Assembly (NCBI RefSeq): GCF_006345805.1
Contig: NC_043010.1
Span: 58,590,001 to 58,654,000, forward strand
Direction of reading: 5' to 3'
Length of the DNA: 64,000 nucleotides
DNA from: Octopus sinensis
Taxonomy: Eukaryota
The translations under genes were made by a program, and so were the position numbers. The notes below the pieces were generated by a model. The model was not told where the DNA came from and did no database searches. It saw only the letters and a list, made by a program, of their open reading frames with translations. This document shows, one piece after another, positions 40,082 to 53,639 of the stretch (its first letter is position 1; each line of letters begins with the position of its first letter).

Positions 40082-40258
40082 ACTCTATTGATCTATCTAC
40101 CGTCTAGCTGCTGTCTATTCCAATCATTTCATTGGCCTCTTGGTGATCACTCCTATACTTTTTAAATAATTTATAAACTTACTAGTGAAATCCATAATGT
40201 CTTATTTATGAAATGATTGGAATAGACAGCAGCTAGACGGTAGATAGATCAATAGAGT
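40082..40258. repeat. Perfect 51-bp inverted repeat with a 75-bp spacer
   Basis: 40082-40132 (actctattgatctatctaccgtctagctgctgtctattccaatcatttcat) is the exact reverse complement of 40208-40258. Confidence 0.96.
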
Positions 40259-43200
40259 CTATCAGATAAACGGTTTAAATAGCATCACATCGATTGAAAT
40301 GACGTTTATCATTAATTGTAGAAGTTCGCATGATCCAAAACGTTGTATTTTAATTCTGTCAAATCTCTTGGTAAGTTGAAATTATCTGTCCTTCTAAATT
40401 CGATTTTTTCGTATTTACTCAGTCCTTTATATTATGGATAAATGGTTAAAAAAGTCAGTTGATGACGATGAATCTTCAGTGAATCGAAACGAAGAAAAGC
40501 CCAATCAATCTAAACTAAGCCAGTCAAAGCGAAGAAAAGTATTAAGAAAGTATGATTACGAGTACTTAAAAAAGGGATTTACATGGAATGGAGTTGAAGA
40601 AGATCTACGACTACGTTGCATCATTTGTTATGAACAACTTGCAAACGAGAGCATGCGTCCAAACAAACTGCGTCGTCATCTTGAGACTAAGCACTCCGAC
40701 TTAAAAGACAAAGCTCTCGATTTTTTTGAGCGATTGTTAACCAAGTTAGAGATAGGACAGAGCATTAAGCATCATTACACCAAAGCAAATGAAAAGTCTT
40801 TGTACGTGTCTTACTGGATCAGTTTAAAATAATAATAATGAAATTATTGTATACAGTGCTCAGGTGCACCACAACTTGTCAGAAAGTGCATATAAAGTAC
40901 ATGCAGCAATGTAGAAATGTGTGGAAAGTGAACAATGTATGAGTCAGATACATGTTTGTGTGTGTATGGAGTGGAGAAAATCAAGTGTAGTGTTGGCGAA
41001 TCTCAGGAAGCATGGAAGTTTTGAAGGATGCAGTGCTCCGACAACTAACAACCGATGCCGGCAGTTTGTTCCACGCTTCAGCAACTCTCAGCGTGAAAAA
41101 ATGTTTCCTGAAGTCATGGGAGCTGTGCTGTTTTCTTACTTTGTAAATATGTCCACGGGTGTTAGATGGGTGGAGTTTGAAGAGGTGCTCAGAGTTATTG
41201 TTTGTGCGATGGTTGATAATTTTATGGGTGTCTGCCAAGTCAGCTGCCAGACGTCGGAGTTTCAATGTGTCCATGCCCAGGGAAGTAAGGCGTTCAGGAT
41301 ATGGCAAATGCCTGATGGAGGGTATTCTTTTGGTTGCACGTCGCTGAACAGCTTCCAGACGATTGACGTCCTGGGCAAGATAGGGGTTCCAGACCGGTGA
41401 TGCAAACTCCAGGTGAGGTCTTACCATAGCTATATAAAGCCACAGATAGATAGCCAGAGAGCAGCTCACAAAGGATTTGGTGAGTGATGCCAAGACACCC
41501 TCAGCCTTCTTGATAATTTTAGCGATGTGTTTTGTCCAACGCAAATCACTGTCGACAATAACACCCAGGTCACGTTCACTTGAAGACTTTTTGAGACTAG
41601 TGTTGTGGAGGGAGTAGGTGGACGCTGGGTTTCTCCTCCCAAAATGCATGGTGGTACATTTGTCCACAGCCAGCTTGAGTTGCCAGTCCATGATCCACTG
41701 CTGCATTGTGTCCAGGTCTGCTTGCAATAGAGATCCATAGTGTACAGGATTTGACCTCTTTATTTCGAGGTACAGCTTGATGTCATCTGCATATTTCAGC
41801 ACTGTGGCATTCTTTAAGTTGGCATCTATGTCATTAACATAAGAATTGAATCAATTTCTATTTCTAATAACACAGTCATGCGTAGAATCGATGAAATGTC
41901 TCAATGGGTAGAAAATCAAGTTATTGAATGGATTCGTGGAAGTCTTTTTTTTTTCTTTACAACTCGATGAATCTACTGACGTACAAGGTTTGTGCCAGCT
42001 ACTTGTTTTTGTACACTACATATGGAACTTTGTACCTCATGAAGATATGTTGTTCTGTGAACCTGTCAGTCGAAGTACCAGCGATGAAATTTTTAATATA
42101 GTTGATACTTATATTAGAGCAAAAAATCTTGATTGGCATAAATGTGTCGGAATATGTACAGACGGCGCACGGGCTATGTGCGGTAGAAATAGTGGTGTGG
42201 TGACCAGAATACTTGAACTTAATCCCAATGCATCATGGACTCACTGTAACCTTCACAGGGCAGCGTTAGTATCAAAACATATATCTGATAATTTTGAAAA
42301 TGTTTTGAATACTTCAGTCAAAATAGTGAACTTTATTAAGTCAAAGCCTTTGCAATCGTGCATATTTGAGAAGTTGTACGAAGAGATGGGAAGCGATCAT
42401 GAATCACTTCTTTTGCACACAGAAATACGATGGCTCTCTAGGGGAAAAGTGTTAACAAGATTTGCAGAACTCCGCAAAGAAGTAGCTATATTTTTAGAAG
42501 ATAAAAGCGATTTTGCGAAATATTTGCACGACGAAGAATTTGTTCTGAGGCTTACGTATTTGGCAGATTTTTTTTCGAAATTAAACGACCTGAATTTGTA
42601 TTTACAAGGAACAGAATGTATCAGTATATTTGCAATTCATGAGTAAATTCGAGGTTTTATGAAAAAACTTGTCTTGTGGAAAAATCGTATTAACAACCGA
42701 AATTATGACTGTTTTGAAACATTTGTAATGGAGAATAAAGCAAAAGTTGATGATGGAATAATCATTGAGATATCTGAACACTTGAATAGGTTAAATGAAA
42801 GTTTTGAATTTTATTTTCATAAAGAGATGAATACTATGCAACAGAAAAGATGGATTATGAACCCCTTTCAGCCTGACGTGACGACTGGAATATCAACAAA
42901 AGCCGATGAGGAACTTATCGATTTATCCAAAGACTCTTCCTTGAAAATGACTTTTCACACCCAAAAATTGGTGCAGTTCTGGGCGTCTCTTCAAACCTCG
43001 TACCCAGTCATTTCCACCGAAGCATTAAAAGTACTTCTCCCTTTCAGGTCATCTTATATTTGTGAAGCTGGATTTTCAGCAATGGCTGGAATTAAAAAGC
43101 AAATATCTAAATAAACTGCAGCTCTCAAATTCTTTACGCCTGAAACTATCACACATTGAACCTGATGTTAATTCTATTATTGAGCGTAGCAAGAAACAGG

Positions 43201-43349
43201 CTCATCCTTCTCACAGGCCTCACTGAAGATGTAATCTGAGATGAATTTGTTAATTTCATTAATGTTTTTAATCAGTAGAGTTAAGTGGGTCGTCACAAAC
43301 TGGTGTGATTAATAGTGGGTCGCGACTCTAAAAAGTTTGGGAACCACTG
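40208..43349 (+). mobile_element. hAT Buster/Charlie-type (ZBED5/SCAND3-like) DNA transposon, disrupted
   Basis: BED finger RCIICYEQLANESMRPNKLRRHLETKH (40434..40832); LQLDESTD, CVGICTDGARAM, WTHCNLHRAAL and LLLHTEIRWLSRGK (41924..42646); dimerisation region LLPFRSSYICEAGFSAM. Right TIR gggaaccactg ends at 43349. No left TIR found, so the left boundary is uncertain. Confidence 0.92.
40830..41841 (-). mobile_element. 5'-truncated CR1-type LINE inserted in the hAT transposase
   Basis: Uninterrupted 273-aa RT C-terminus (KYADDIKL, VRPHLEFASPVWNP, LEAVQRRATK) with a (TTA)n-type tail at ~40830. Confidence 0.92.
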
Positions 43350-43845
43350 GTCCAGGGGATTGCACAACAGGATGTAAACCATCAGGGCAGTACCCACCAC
43401 TGTGGTTTGCTAATTATCCACTCATTGCAAAGAGTTCCAAATCAGTTTGTGCCATCTCACCTGACTCAAACTCGCAGTGTCTTCATCCAAATGCTGTTGA
43501 GCTTCCAGGAGTAAGGAACTCTTTTTATGGTTGTAGCATTTTCCCTTCAAACTGCCAGACTTTGGAATCCTCCTCCTTCTTTCAAGTCTAAAATTAAAAT
43601 CATTCCATTCGTCTTCATTTTTACTTCTCCATTGTTCCTTATACCAAAATGGCTTCCCACCTTTTTTGGAATTTCTTATAAAAGAAAAATAACTGGGATG
43701 CAACAAAAACCTACCATTCCTTTCATCTTTTGTAGAGAATTCGGGAGAAAGGAAGCTGTGTGGAAAGTTTGATTTGATAAATGGTTAAAAGAAGTTGTTT
43801 AGGAAAAGGCGGTCGTTTGGGTCAATACTCTTCATCCAATGGGGT

Positions 43846-43849
<4 letters not shown>

Positions 43850-43881
<32 letters not shown>

Positions 43882-43985
43882 GTTTAACGTCCGTTTTCCG
43901 CGCTAGCACGGGTTGGACGGTTCGACCGGGGTCTGGGAAGCCAGGGGCTGCACCAGGCTCCAGTCTGATCTGGCAGTGTTTCTGC
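43850..43985 (-). mobile_element. RTE LINE 3' tail with (GAT)n
   Basis: (cat)n-cgtttaacgtccgttttcc...ggctccagtctgatctggcagtgtttct, as at 58697. Confidence 0.8.
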
Positions 43986-44404
43986 AGCACTGTTTCTATG
44001 TGTAATAAATGTATTATGTATTTGTCGAGAATATATTTCAAGGAACAGTGTCCACATTCACTTGAAAACTGACACGCTGGTACTTTGTGACAAAAATACT
44101 TTGTGATATTCACCCCTCGCGAATTATGCAGAGACTACCTGAACGTTTTCGCCATGGAAGAAGCAACGAAGCAATGAATAAACTCGATGAAAATCGCCTG
44201 TAATTGTCGAAGTTTTGTTAAAAAACTGCGATATTTATGTGGTAAAAGCAAGTTTTACTAAATGAAAATGCAAAAATATTAGTAAAAGAGAAAGAAATAA
44301 TTAGTGGTGACAGATAAATATCCTCCAATGATCCTTGTAAGATGAAATGTATTACGCCGTGGATGACTGGCGAATTTTGGCCGGTTTAAACACTAAAGGG
44401 TTAA
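43985..44404 (+). mobile_element. Possible piggyBac right-end fragment
   Basis: MCNKCIMYLSRIYFK resembles the piggyBac Cys-rich C-terminus, and the block ends in aaaggg-TTAA (44395-44404). Confidence 0.4.
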
Positions 44405-44714
44405 ACAAGGACCTCAGTTCTACAAACTTACAAGATACAAATTCCTTTCAGTGAGATCACTAAGTTATCTCCCCTGATAGGTTTAAATAACTACTAAGTT
44501 ACCTCCCTTCGTAGATACATTTTCACCTGAGCAATTGATCGATATATCACAGATGTTAATCGATGTTCGAGGGATGATTGGCGAAGTCATGCTCAAAGCC
44601 ACGATAACTATTCATATACATACATATACGTAGATACAGAAAAGCAACCAGACACTCATAAGTATGTTTGATGTATGAGTGCATGTATATACGCGCGCGG
44701 GCGCATCATTTTCT

Positions 44715-44872
44715 TGCTTCTGGAATTTGACTGCGGCCATGCTGGAGCACAGCCTTAAAGCAGTTTAGTTCCATGAATTGACTGCAGTATTTATTTTTTA
44801 ATCCTGGTTCTTATTCTATCAGTCTGTTGAGCCGAACCGCTAAGTTTCAAAGATGCAAACGCACATGGTTAT

Positions 44873-44918
<46 letters not shown>

Positions 44919-45195
44919 TATATATACATACATACATATATATATATATAGGGTTAATCCAAACGGGAAAACAGAAAAAACAACAACATGTGGAACAATT
45001 ACAGTATTATTATTATTAGGCGCTCAGGAAAATGGAAACGACGGGCTTCTTTCAGTTTCTGTTTATCAGATCCAATGAAAAGGGTTTGGTTGGCTTGAGA
45101 CTATAGTGGAAGGCACCTGCCCAAGATGTCGTGCAGTAGGACTGAACCCAGAACCATGTGGTTGAAAAGCAAACTTCTTACCACGCAGCCATGCG
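44715..45195 (-). mobile_element. tRNA-derived SINE, split by microsatellite and pLTR-like sequence
   Basis: Head on the minus strand: tggctgcgtggtaagaag...ggttctgggttcagtcc (A-box/B-box-like); body catttgactgcggccatgctggagcac-type. Confidence 0.7.
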
Positions 45196-45329
45196 CTCGT
45201 ATATGTACTTTTTCACGCACACAGACACATATTTGCACGTATGCATACATGCACGCACACACACACTCACACACACTACTTATTAACAAATCTACAAATG
45301 AGTAATAAAGAAGTGAAATATTTGTGTGA

Positions 45330-46700
45330 TGACCCTCTCGTGATACAACAAAATTAATATTTTATTAGCGAGTCTTGTATCTGTTTTGTTTGAGTTGGTC
45401 TGAGGGCAGTTGGCGCAGTTTTTTTATGACTTCGCCGGAGTTCATGACATGTCCAGGAAAGGCGGAGAGTATGGGTTTCTGGATGCGGGAAAGGAGCTGG
45501 GGTATTTTATATAGAGGTCCTTCCACGCTGGAGACGATGGTTCTAATCTGGATCGCGTCACTATTTTTGTGTGTTTTAATGAGGTGGTAGAATCAAGGTA
45601 ATCTACTGTTCTTTGTGATACAGATGGTCTTGTATTTGTTATGTAGTTGTCTCCATCTACAAATGTCAGTCCAGGCGGTGTTAGTTCGGTCCTCAACCCT
45701 GGTCGAGGTTGTATCCATCACTTCGTAATATACTCTGTCATTGCTTAGATCTTCTAGTGCAAGTCTATCATAAATTTCGCAAGAAATCACGCAGATTCCT
45801 TTCCCGCCGTCTGATGGTAAGTAGATGAGGTTCTTGTTTTTTTAATTTTGTCGATGTTTCATGTTGTTCCTTGCTTAAGGTTGATGTTATTTTCGATTCC
45901 TTCCTTAAGATGTTGGACTGTTTCAGTCTAAATAGTTTGTGGTTGAGTTCTCGATTGGCTGGGGGTGGGTGGAGCGGGTGGTCTGGCTGGTGTGTGGGAA
46001 ATGTGCCGAGTGTGTTGTTGTTGCTGTTGCTCTTTATTACCGACAGCCATTTGAGTTGGTGGGCTGTTCGGCATAAGTTGGCTTCCAGGTTGAGTAAGAA
46101 TTTCGGCTGTTGGGTCTAGATAAATTTAGGGCCCAGACTGAGGAATTCTAGTTCTTCATGAGAGAGTGACCCACTCAAGTCTGAGACCAGGGCTTTCGTT
46201 GTTGAGGGTGTGTTGGTGTCCCCGATGTTAGGGTTCATCTGTGTCGGTGTAATAGGCCGAGCTGTTGTTGTGGTGGTGTTTGGTACAAAACCACAGGAAT
46301 TTAAGTTTGAGGCATTTCTTCTCTTGGTCGTCGATAGCTGCGGTTGTTCTTTGATGTGTAGGTTCTGGGGTTGACGTGATGCTGGATATTATTTCAGAGA
46401 ATTTGCGTTTGTACTCATAGAGTTGGTGGTGCAGATGATGTATGATTTTTCTGATGACAAATGTATGTATTTCAGTGATCGTCGAAAGGTAAGGCTGCGA
46501 AAGCACGTAGGTAGATGTATGTTCCTGATAGTGTTGGGAATTAATGATGGTTTTTTAGGCAGCGTTTAAGGAAGTTTACTTGGCATCCGACTTTAGCACG
46601 TTTCTACGATAGCTTCATTAAATCCCTAGCGGTTGCGAACTCGGCCTGGCCCAGGCGTAGAGATAAGGGGCTATTGTAATTCGTTGCAAGCATTGTGTAT
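45330..46700 (-). mobile_element. Penelope-like element, N-terminal and early RT region, degenerate
   Basis: LSGSLSHEELEFLSLGPKF (like LSxxExxLLxKGLxF), KNKNLIYLPSDGGKG (like IxPADKG) and LEDLSNDRVYYEV. The end of the element is approximate. Confidence 0.7.
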
Positions 46701-46889
46701 TGTTTGTGAAATGTAACGTGTCTTGAATGGCACAAAAATGCAGAGTGAATCTGAAGCGTATGGATCTTATCCAACCATCTCGATTTTGGTTCACCCCTAG
46801 GTCTGCTGCCAGGTGGCTCTGCTCGAAGAATCCAGTCCACTTTGCGAATCTTTCCTGCAGCATTCTAACCACATGTCCGCAGTCCTGGA

Positions 46890-47830
46890 GCGATGCGGAG
46901 AAGTTGCGACTCGACTTGATTCCCTCATCTCTACTCTAGGCATTCTGTCGAATAACATTTCTCCAAAGGCCCTTTAGAGGAACCCTATTTTGGCCGCTTG
47001 TATTCGCTTCACACTCTTTCGGTCATTACCCATCATTCATGACCACAAGTGAGTATAGTCACACAAGCCAAATTGAAGATCGCAAATCTGGCTTTTTTTA
47101 ACAACCTCTACTCTTTAGAACTGAATACTGGATCTGGTGCATTACTGTGCTAGCACTTGAAATTTTAGCATCCAGTTCGACCTCCTGCTTCGTGTTACTC
47201 GTAAATGCAGCCCTAAGGTACTTAAACCTCTTCACTTCCCTCTTTGCAGAGGGCATTAGGAAGATGGTCTTGAGAGGACCAAGGTCTCGGTCTTCGTGAT
47301 AATAATTTTCATCCCTGCCTTGCAGCATTCAGCAGCGTCCTAATTAATTGCATACCAGGGATCACATTCTGAGGAGCCAAGAAGCACAGTGTTGTCTGCA
47401 CACATCGTCTCACTGATCCTACACCCACTGATTGTGATACCACCCCCACAGCAGCTGCGTATCTGAATCCCATTCATAAAAATTATGAAAAAGAGAGGTG
47501 ACAATACACAGCCCTGCTGAAGTCCAATAGTTACGTTGAAAGATTTCGGCTTGACAACATTTACCCGTGCAAAAACATCTGGGAATTAGTAAAGGGACTT
47601 CACGGCAACCAAAAGTGCCTATTTATTTCAAGCTCTTGCAAAACGTACTCCAGCATGTCCTGCAGCATGCATTCATATGCCTTTTTAAGGTCCATAAAGC
47701 AAGCGTCCACTGCTTGGCGATATTGTCAAGAATTCTCAAAGTCTTGTCATTCAGTGAATGTCTGGTCAATCGTGCTGCATCCACAATGGAAGCCACATTA
47801 TTTCTCATCTAGCTTCGGCGTTATAACATC
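46890..47830 (-). mobile_element. RTE-clade LINE RT fragment
   Basis: Minus strand reads PKSFNVTIGLQQGCVLSPL at ~47490-47550 and EVKRFKYLRAAFTS downstream. Confidence 0.75.
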
Positions 47831-48169
47831 CCTACATCTCATAATATATTATATTATGCTATATATAACCATTCTATTAATATCAAATTTTTTGTCCTTC
47901 ATTCACTTTTGATTTTAAAATACAAGAAGTTCTACGTTCAGTCTTAGGTTTTTTCCCATCGCTTTTTCTTTTGTCTCTACTCCACTTTTAAAGACATATT
48001 GAGAGATTGTGCATCCAATTCCATTTAAATTTTCCCACTCATTCTATGTTTTTCTCTCCATTATGGACACCAAGCCGTGACCAAGTGTTGTACGTTTAAT
48101 CCCAGATGCATGTCTTCCCCAACTGCCGTCCAGACAAAAACACATCCAATCATTATTGTTAGGTACTGG

Positions 48170-48485
48170 CGTGGATGAGCCGTTAAGAAGCTTCCTTTGC
48201 AGCCAAGTGATTTCAGGTTCAGTCTCAATGTACGGCACCTGGGGTGTCTTCAACTAAAGCTTTAAGCTGAATAAATTTCGTAGACAAAAACTGTGTGCAA
48301 GCACCGTGCGCATGCGTTTGTGTTCGTTTCGTTTGAGAACCAGTATTGGTTTGTTTACGTTCACATAACTTAGCGGTTCAGCAAAACAGTCCTATAGAAT
48401 AAATACTCAAGTAAATTTGTTTGACGACTAAACCCTTCAAAGACGGTACTCCAGCATGGCCACAGTTCAACGAGTGAAACAAGTC
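48170..48485 (+). mobile_element. tRNA-derived SINE
   Basis: aagaagcttc...ggttcagtc head and ctccagcatggccacagtt...tgaaacaag tail, i.e. the reverse complement of the family at 54.9-55.6 kb. Confidence 0.65.
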
Positions 48486-48968
48486 CTGAAAGAGAAAATA
48501 TAAAGGATAACGTTTATTCTATTTAGTTTCATATTTTTGATTCTTCTTTCATATCCTACGATATGAGGATGGGTTTAAAAAGAAGAGATCCAAGTTAGTA
48601 CCAGTTATGAAATGAGGGGCGATTTCACGGCTGCTTCTTTTCCTCTGTCAGTCACTGCGACGGCGACGATATTCTCTGGAAACGTTCAGAGACGAAACAA
48701 GTTAAAGGGAGGTAACTTAGTATTGCCTATTTTGACATTGTTGAAACCTCAACTTAAGAGATGTTTTTTAGCCCCAGGTCGACCTGCCTTGAGATAATCC
48801 GTGGACTAAACCGTGTCAACTATGATCACCATAATGTGTTCCAGGAATAGTGTATCTAGGACTACAGTATTCAATGTGCCTGTTTTCTCAGACGATTGTG
48901 TATTATTACAAGGAAATTTGGCTTCTATTTCCAGCAGGTTGAGCGACTTCTCTCAGCAACGTAGCAAG

Positions 48969-49331
48969 TCACGTGGGTTAGAATATAGTCGTGGATCACG
49001 TGGTCAGAAAGTGAGTCACGTGTTTATAATGTAATTTGCATTGTCACAGTAATACCACACCAATGGGTCACATGACAGCCACAAAACATCACTAAGCTAC
49101 ATGGTTTAGTGTTTAACCCTAAGCGAGGTTGAAATGAACATGCCCACTCCATCCATACCCATCACATCTGTATTTCAGTTATTGTTTTTAGAACATTATT
49201 ATCCAATTTTCTAAAGACATTAGGGTGTGATAGGCAAGATATCTGGCTGCTATTTCTAGCGGTTAAAACAATGTAGAAGCGCTTTCTGTTGGTTCAACAA
49301 TGTCACGTGATCACCAACAGGACTCACGTGA
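48969..49331. promoter_or_regulatory. Cluster of TCACGTG E-boxes
   Basis: TCACGTG at 48969, 48996, 49016, 49303 and 49324, plus GTCACATGAC near 49068. Function unproven. Confidence 0.35.
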
Positions 49332-50449
49332 TATTAACCCTAGGATAACATTAACCTGCTGACAACAGAATGATCGACATCTTTCTTGCACTTTTATTGA
49401 CACAACATTCAATGATTGTCATAGGTACACTGAGACACATTACACATTCACCCTCCCATTCACACACCTTCCAAACACCTGTGCCCCACCCTGCTCAACA
49501 CCAGCATGTACCCCAAAGTAGCAACCCATACCCCCAACGCAAACCCACCCAAATACACCTTCAAAAGGTTGTTCTCAATAGAAACTGATAAAAACACAGA
49601 AATATTATAAAAAGGTTTATTTCCATTGTTACTGTTGTTGTTGTTGTTGTTGTGATGGTAGCGGTGGTGGTTATGGGTGGGTGGTCGTATCTGGGTGTAA
49701 CTTGGTGTTGTTTTTTGTTAATAATATAACTTTAAATGAGATAACAATTATAATGTTCACGTACATATGGCTACACACACACACACGCGCAGACACACAC
49801 ACAAACACGCACACATATATATGTAGGTATTTATGTATGTATGTATACATACATATATATATGTATATATATATATATACATGCATACATACATATATAT
49901 ATATAAATGCATGTATATATGTATATATATATGTATATATATATATACATAAATATATAAATGCATACGTATATATGTGTGTGTGTGTGTATGCATACAC
50001 ATACACAGGAGAATTGGTTAGGTTTGTTTTGAATATATATGTTGCTATTTTAGTATTAGAGGCCATAATTTACGCATCACAAGTAACAGGTCAAGGGTGA
50101 TAGGTCATAGGTTATGGGTCAGTCCCAAGGAGTGGGGCAAGGTCAGAGGTGAAGGGTCACGAGCAATAACATGTAAACTAACAAATGTTCCAAATAATAA
50201 CAACATATATTGGAAGAGTCAATGGGAGAAAGGAGAAACGTTTAGAATCCGTTGTGTCTGTTGTTGTCTTAGTGGTATGAGCTGTGATGTGATGTAGAGG
50301 CCTTCATGCATGCTCCGTGCGGCACTATTTTCCTCCATTGTATAATTAACTGCTTCATCGTTTCGTGAATCTTGTTGGTAACTGTGGAAGAGAAGAGGGA
50401 ATCATATAAGATATTTTATAGATATATTCATAAATAAGCATAATGTACT

Positions 50450-50491
<42 letters not shown>

Positions 50492-50559
50492 CACATACAT
50501 ACACCTAGTGTAAGAAGATTTTAGTAGCAGAGGCAGGATGCTCATGCAGGGGGTAATGC

Positions 50560-50990
50560 AACATGTCCGTTGAACAGCCACTGTAACGCAGAGACAGTTG
50601 TATATGAAGATGAGGTAAAAGCCATAGGACCCAATGGGCAACCAAGCATGCGGAAGTATGTGGGGGCAACAGAAGGCCCTTTCAGAACCTACTTTAACAA
50701 CCATCCTCTTTTAACATCCTGGAGAGGCTCAACGCCACAACCTTGGCCAAGCGTGTTGGTCTCCAAAAGAAAGTGCGACAAAGTACAAAGTAATGTGGAA
50801 GATTCTAGAGAAATGTAGACCGTACTTCAGTAGCAGCAGGAAGTGTAGGTTGTGCCTGGCTGAGAAGAGGGCGATTTTAAAAGGTACCCGATGTCCAGGT
50901 ATTTACCTGAGTAGCAGGAGTGAAGTGTTTAATCTTTGCCCACATGAACGGAAGTACATCCTATCATACCTGTGTACCCCACTATGACTA
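50560..50990 (+). mobile_element. Penelope-like GIY-YIG endonuclease / C-terminal fragment
   Basis: VVYEDEV...KYVGATEGPFRTYFNNH and WKILEKCRPY...KCRLCLAEK...RSEVFNLCPH, typical of the PLE C-terminus. Confidence 0.8.
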
Positions 50991-51641
50991 AAACCACAAG
51001 TTCCAAACCTCAGCCTTCCACCATTACCCTTAAGCCAAGTGAAGAGTTTGACCAGAGCATACACCAACACACACCCATACCCCAAGGTGGACAGCCACCA
51101 AATAAACTGTCTCCCCACCCAACATATGCTCCTTCACACGCATTGTATCCCCACACATATATAGACCCCACACACTAACATAAACCCCCACAACCTTAAC
51201 AAATGCAGAAAGAAAACAGACTAACAAACACAAATCTATATACCTACACCCCTGCATAAAATTATACATATGATACCACTACACATATCACATACTCCAT
51301 CTCCACAGGAGCACCACGCTTAACACACATTTCCCACAAACACTTCAAGATAACTCTAACTGGCTTTATAGTGAATCCACCCAAGGAATATAACTCCTAC
51401 CCTAAGCCCCTGCCCTTTTTCGTTTCAGCACCTTTTTCATAGCAACCGCAAACTGGATATGTTAATTCCCCACTGACAATAGAGAGCAGTTGTCATATTC
51501 CCTTCCATATCAGCTAACTCTGATGACTGTTAGGTTATATAATCGGATTGTTACCTAACACACCATTGTATTCTTTGTGTGAAACCAATTGGTAAGACCA
51601 GCCGTGATGGATATTTAATCCTGTACATTTCGGATAATATA

Positions 51642-52876
51642 CAGGGTGTGGATGGTGTCTGAGGACAGATTTATGGTTTTAAAAGAATGTTTATATAACA
51701 ACAGAATAGAAAAACTATTTTTTAATAAAAATAACATAAAGCCAAATAATCAGTTTTAATAATTTCTTTCATTAAAACCACCCTAAGCATCAATAACTGC
51801 CTCCACGCAGGGGTCGAAATCATTTACAAGCTCGGCTTAGATGGTCCTTGATCATATCGGAACTGACTCAAACTATGGGGATTTTCAAAAATCTTTGGTG
51901 TTATGGGAGTGTTCATTGACATTTTTGTCAATGATGCTTCATACATAGTTGTCCAGTGGATTGAGATCTGGAGAATTAGGGGGCCGAATGTTGGGGGTGA
52001 TGTGATCATGCAAATTGTCAGCCATCCATTCTTATGCCATTTGAGCCTTGTGTGATGGTGCAGTCCTTCCGTTGCATACACTGTTGATCCAAGGCTCAAC
52101 AACTTTATCCAGAAGCTCAATATACGCAGCAGTATAAGGCCTTGTGGAAAAAAGTGAGGAGGCATCACATGTCCTTCATTGCTAACAACACGCAAAACCA
52201 CAACACTTCCAGGAAATTTTGTTTGCTTTACTCTTGGAACCTCAGAAGGGTCTGCACATAGCCATCTGTCATTTCTTCTGTTAGTTTTCTGGTGTTGGTC
52301 AAAGATTTTCTCATCCGAGAAAAACCAAACCACACCATCTTCTGATGGTTTTTTAAAGTTTGTTCAAAAGTCTCTTGGATCTGATTAAACGGTTTTCTTT
52401 TCTTTTTTTTCTGACATGAATTGACCTCTTCTCATCACATAAGATATTGTATCTGATGTCTTCACGCACAACATTTCTGAATGTTTTGCCTGACACATGA
52501 AATTTTTTTGCAATTGACTTCATTGATTTTCCTGAATTGTCTTCAATATTTTGCTTAACATCCTGAATAAATTCAGGTGTCCTGATAGAATCAGATTGTT
52601 TGGAGTGATTTTTAAATTTTGATACAGGTAATACACTTCCAACTTTTTTCTGTAACTGAATCTTGTGACAAAAGATCTTGCAACCTTCAGAAAACGAGAA
52701 ATTTCTAAATCACCCTGCTTAGCTTTGAAAGCCACAATCACAGCATGCCTTTTCTTTCCATTAGTAAGCATGAGGCCTGTCATTGTTATTTTCTGAAATA
52801 GAAGCTCAATAAAATTTAGTCAAATAGAGTAACGACTAAAAATGCATGTGTCCTCAAATATCATCCCCACCCTGTA
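51642..52876 (-). mobile_element. Tc1/mariner superfamily transposon (maT/DD37D-like), degenerate, both TIRs present
   Basis: WFFSDEKIF...NRRNDRW...KFPGSVVV...HVMPPHFF. TIRs cagggtgtggatggtgtctgaggacag / gtgtcctcaaatatcatccccaccctg flanked by TA. Confidence 0.88.
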
Positions 52877-52901
52877 TATATATATATATACCTATATATA
52901 T

Positions 52902-52962
<61 letters not shown>

Positions 52963-53639
52963 TACATGCATATATATATGTGTATATACATATATACATG
53001 CATATATATATACACACATGCACATGCACACACATATATATAGTTGAAATTTATTGAAAAACAAAAGATGAAGACAGGTGTGTAAATAACAAGCAGGTGT
53101 ATTAGTTTGATGCTCAGGAAAGTGAGAAAGTCTTTTATGCTTCCAGCCTCTGCTCTTCAACAGAAAGGAATAAGAGAGAATAAAAAAAACAGAGAGAGAG
53201 AGAGAATAAAAAAAAAACTTGTGGATTTAGCAATCAAGCATGGCGGCTGGTTGGGATCCGTTCTATAGCTGGAAACCATGGAAAGATTTCATGGACAGAT
53301 CTCTATGAATCGTGTGTTGCATTCTTAGAGCTGTTAATTCATGTAGAAATAGAAATTATCACTAGTCATCATGGAGGTGGTGGTGGTGGTGTGTGTGTGT
53401 GTGGGGGGGGTATATTAACACAGTTAATTAAAGAAAGAGAATAACATGAAATCACAAAGAATACACACACACACACTGACACACACACATATTATATATA
53501 CGTGTGTGTGTGTGTGTTTGTACAGCGAAGAAATCACAAATCCCTTCAGGGTGATGGCCCTGCTTGATATATAGAAAAGGTGTTGGTAGAAATTCCATTA
53601 GGTGTATGCAGTGGCAAGCTAAGGGCACATAAGGGGTGC

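Noticed and set aside
40434-43114. Domesticated ZBED/SCAND3-like host gene
   Set aside because: Interrupted by a LINE, a deletion and an in-frame stop, and it retains a TIR; a dead transposon.
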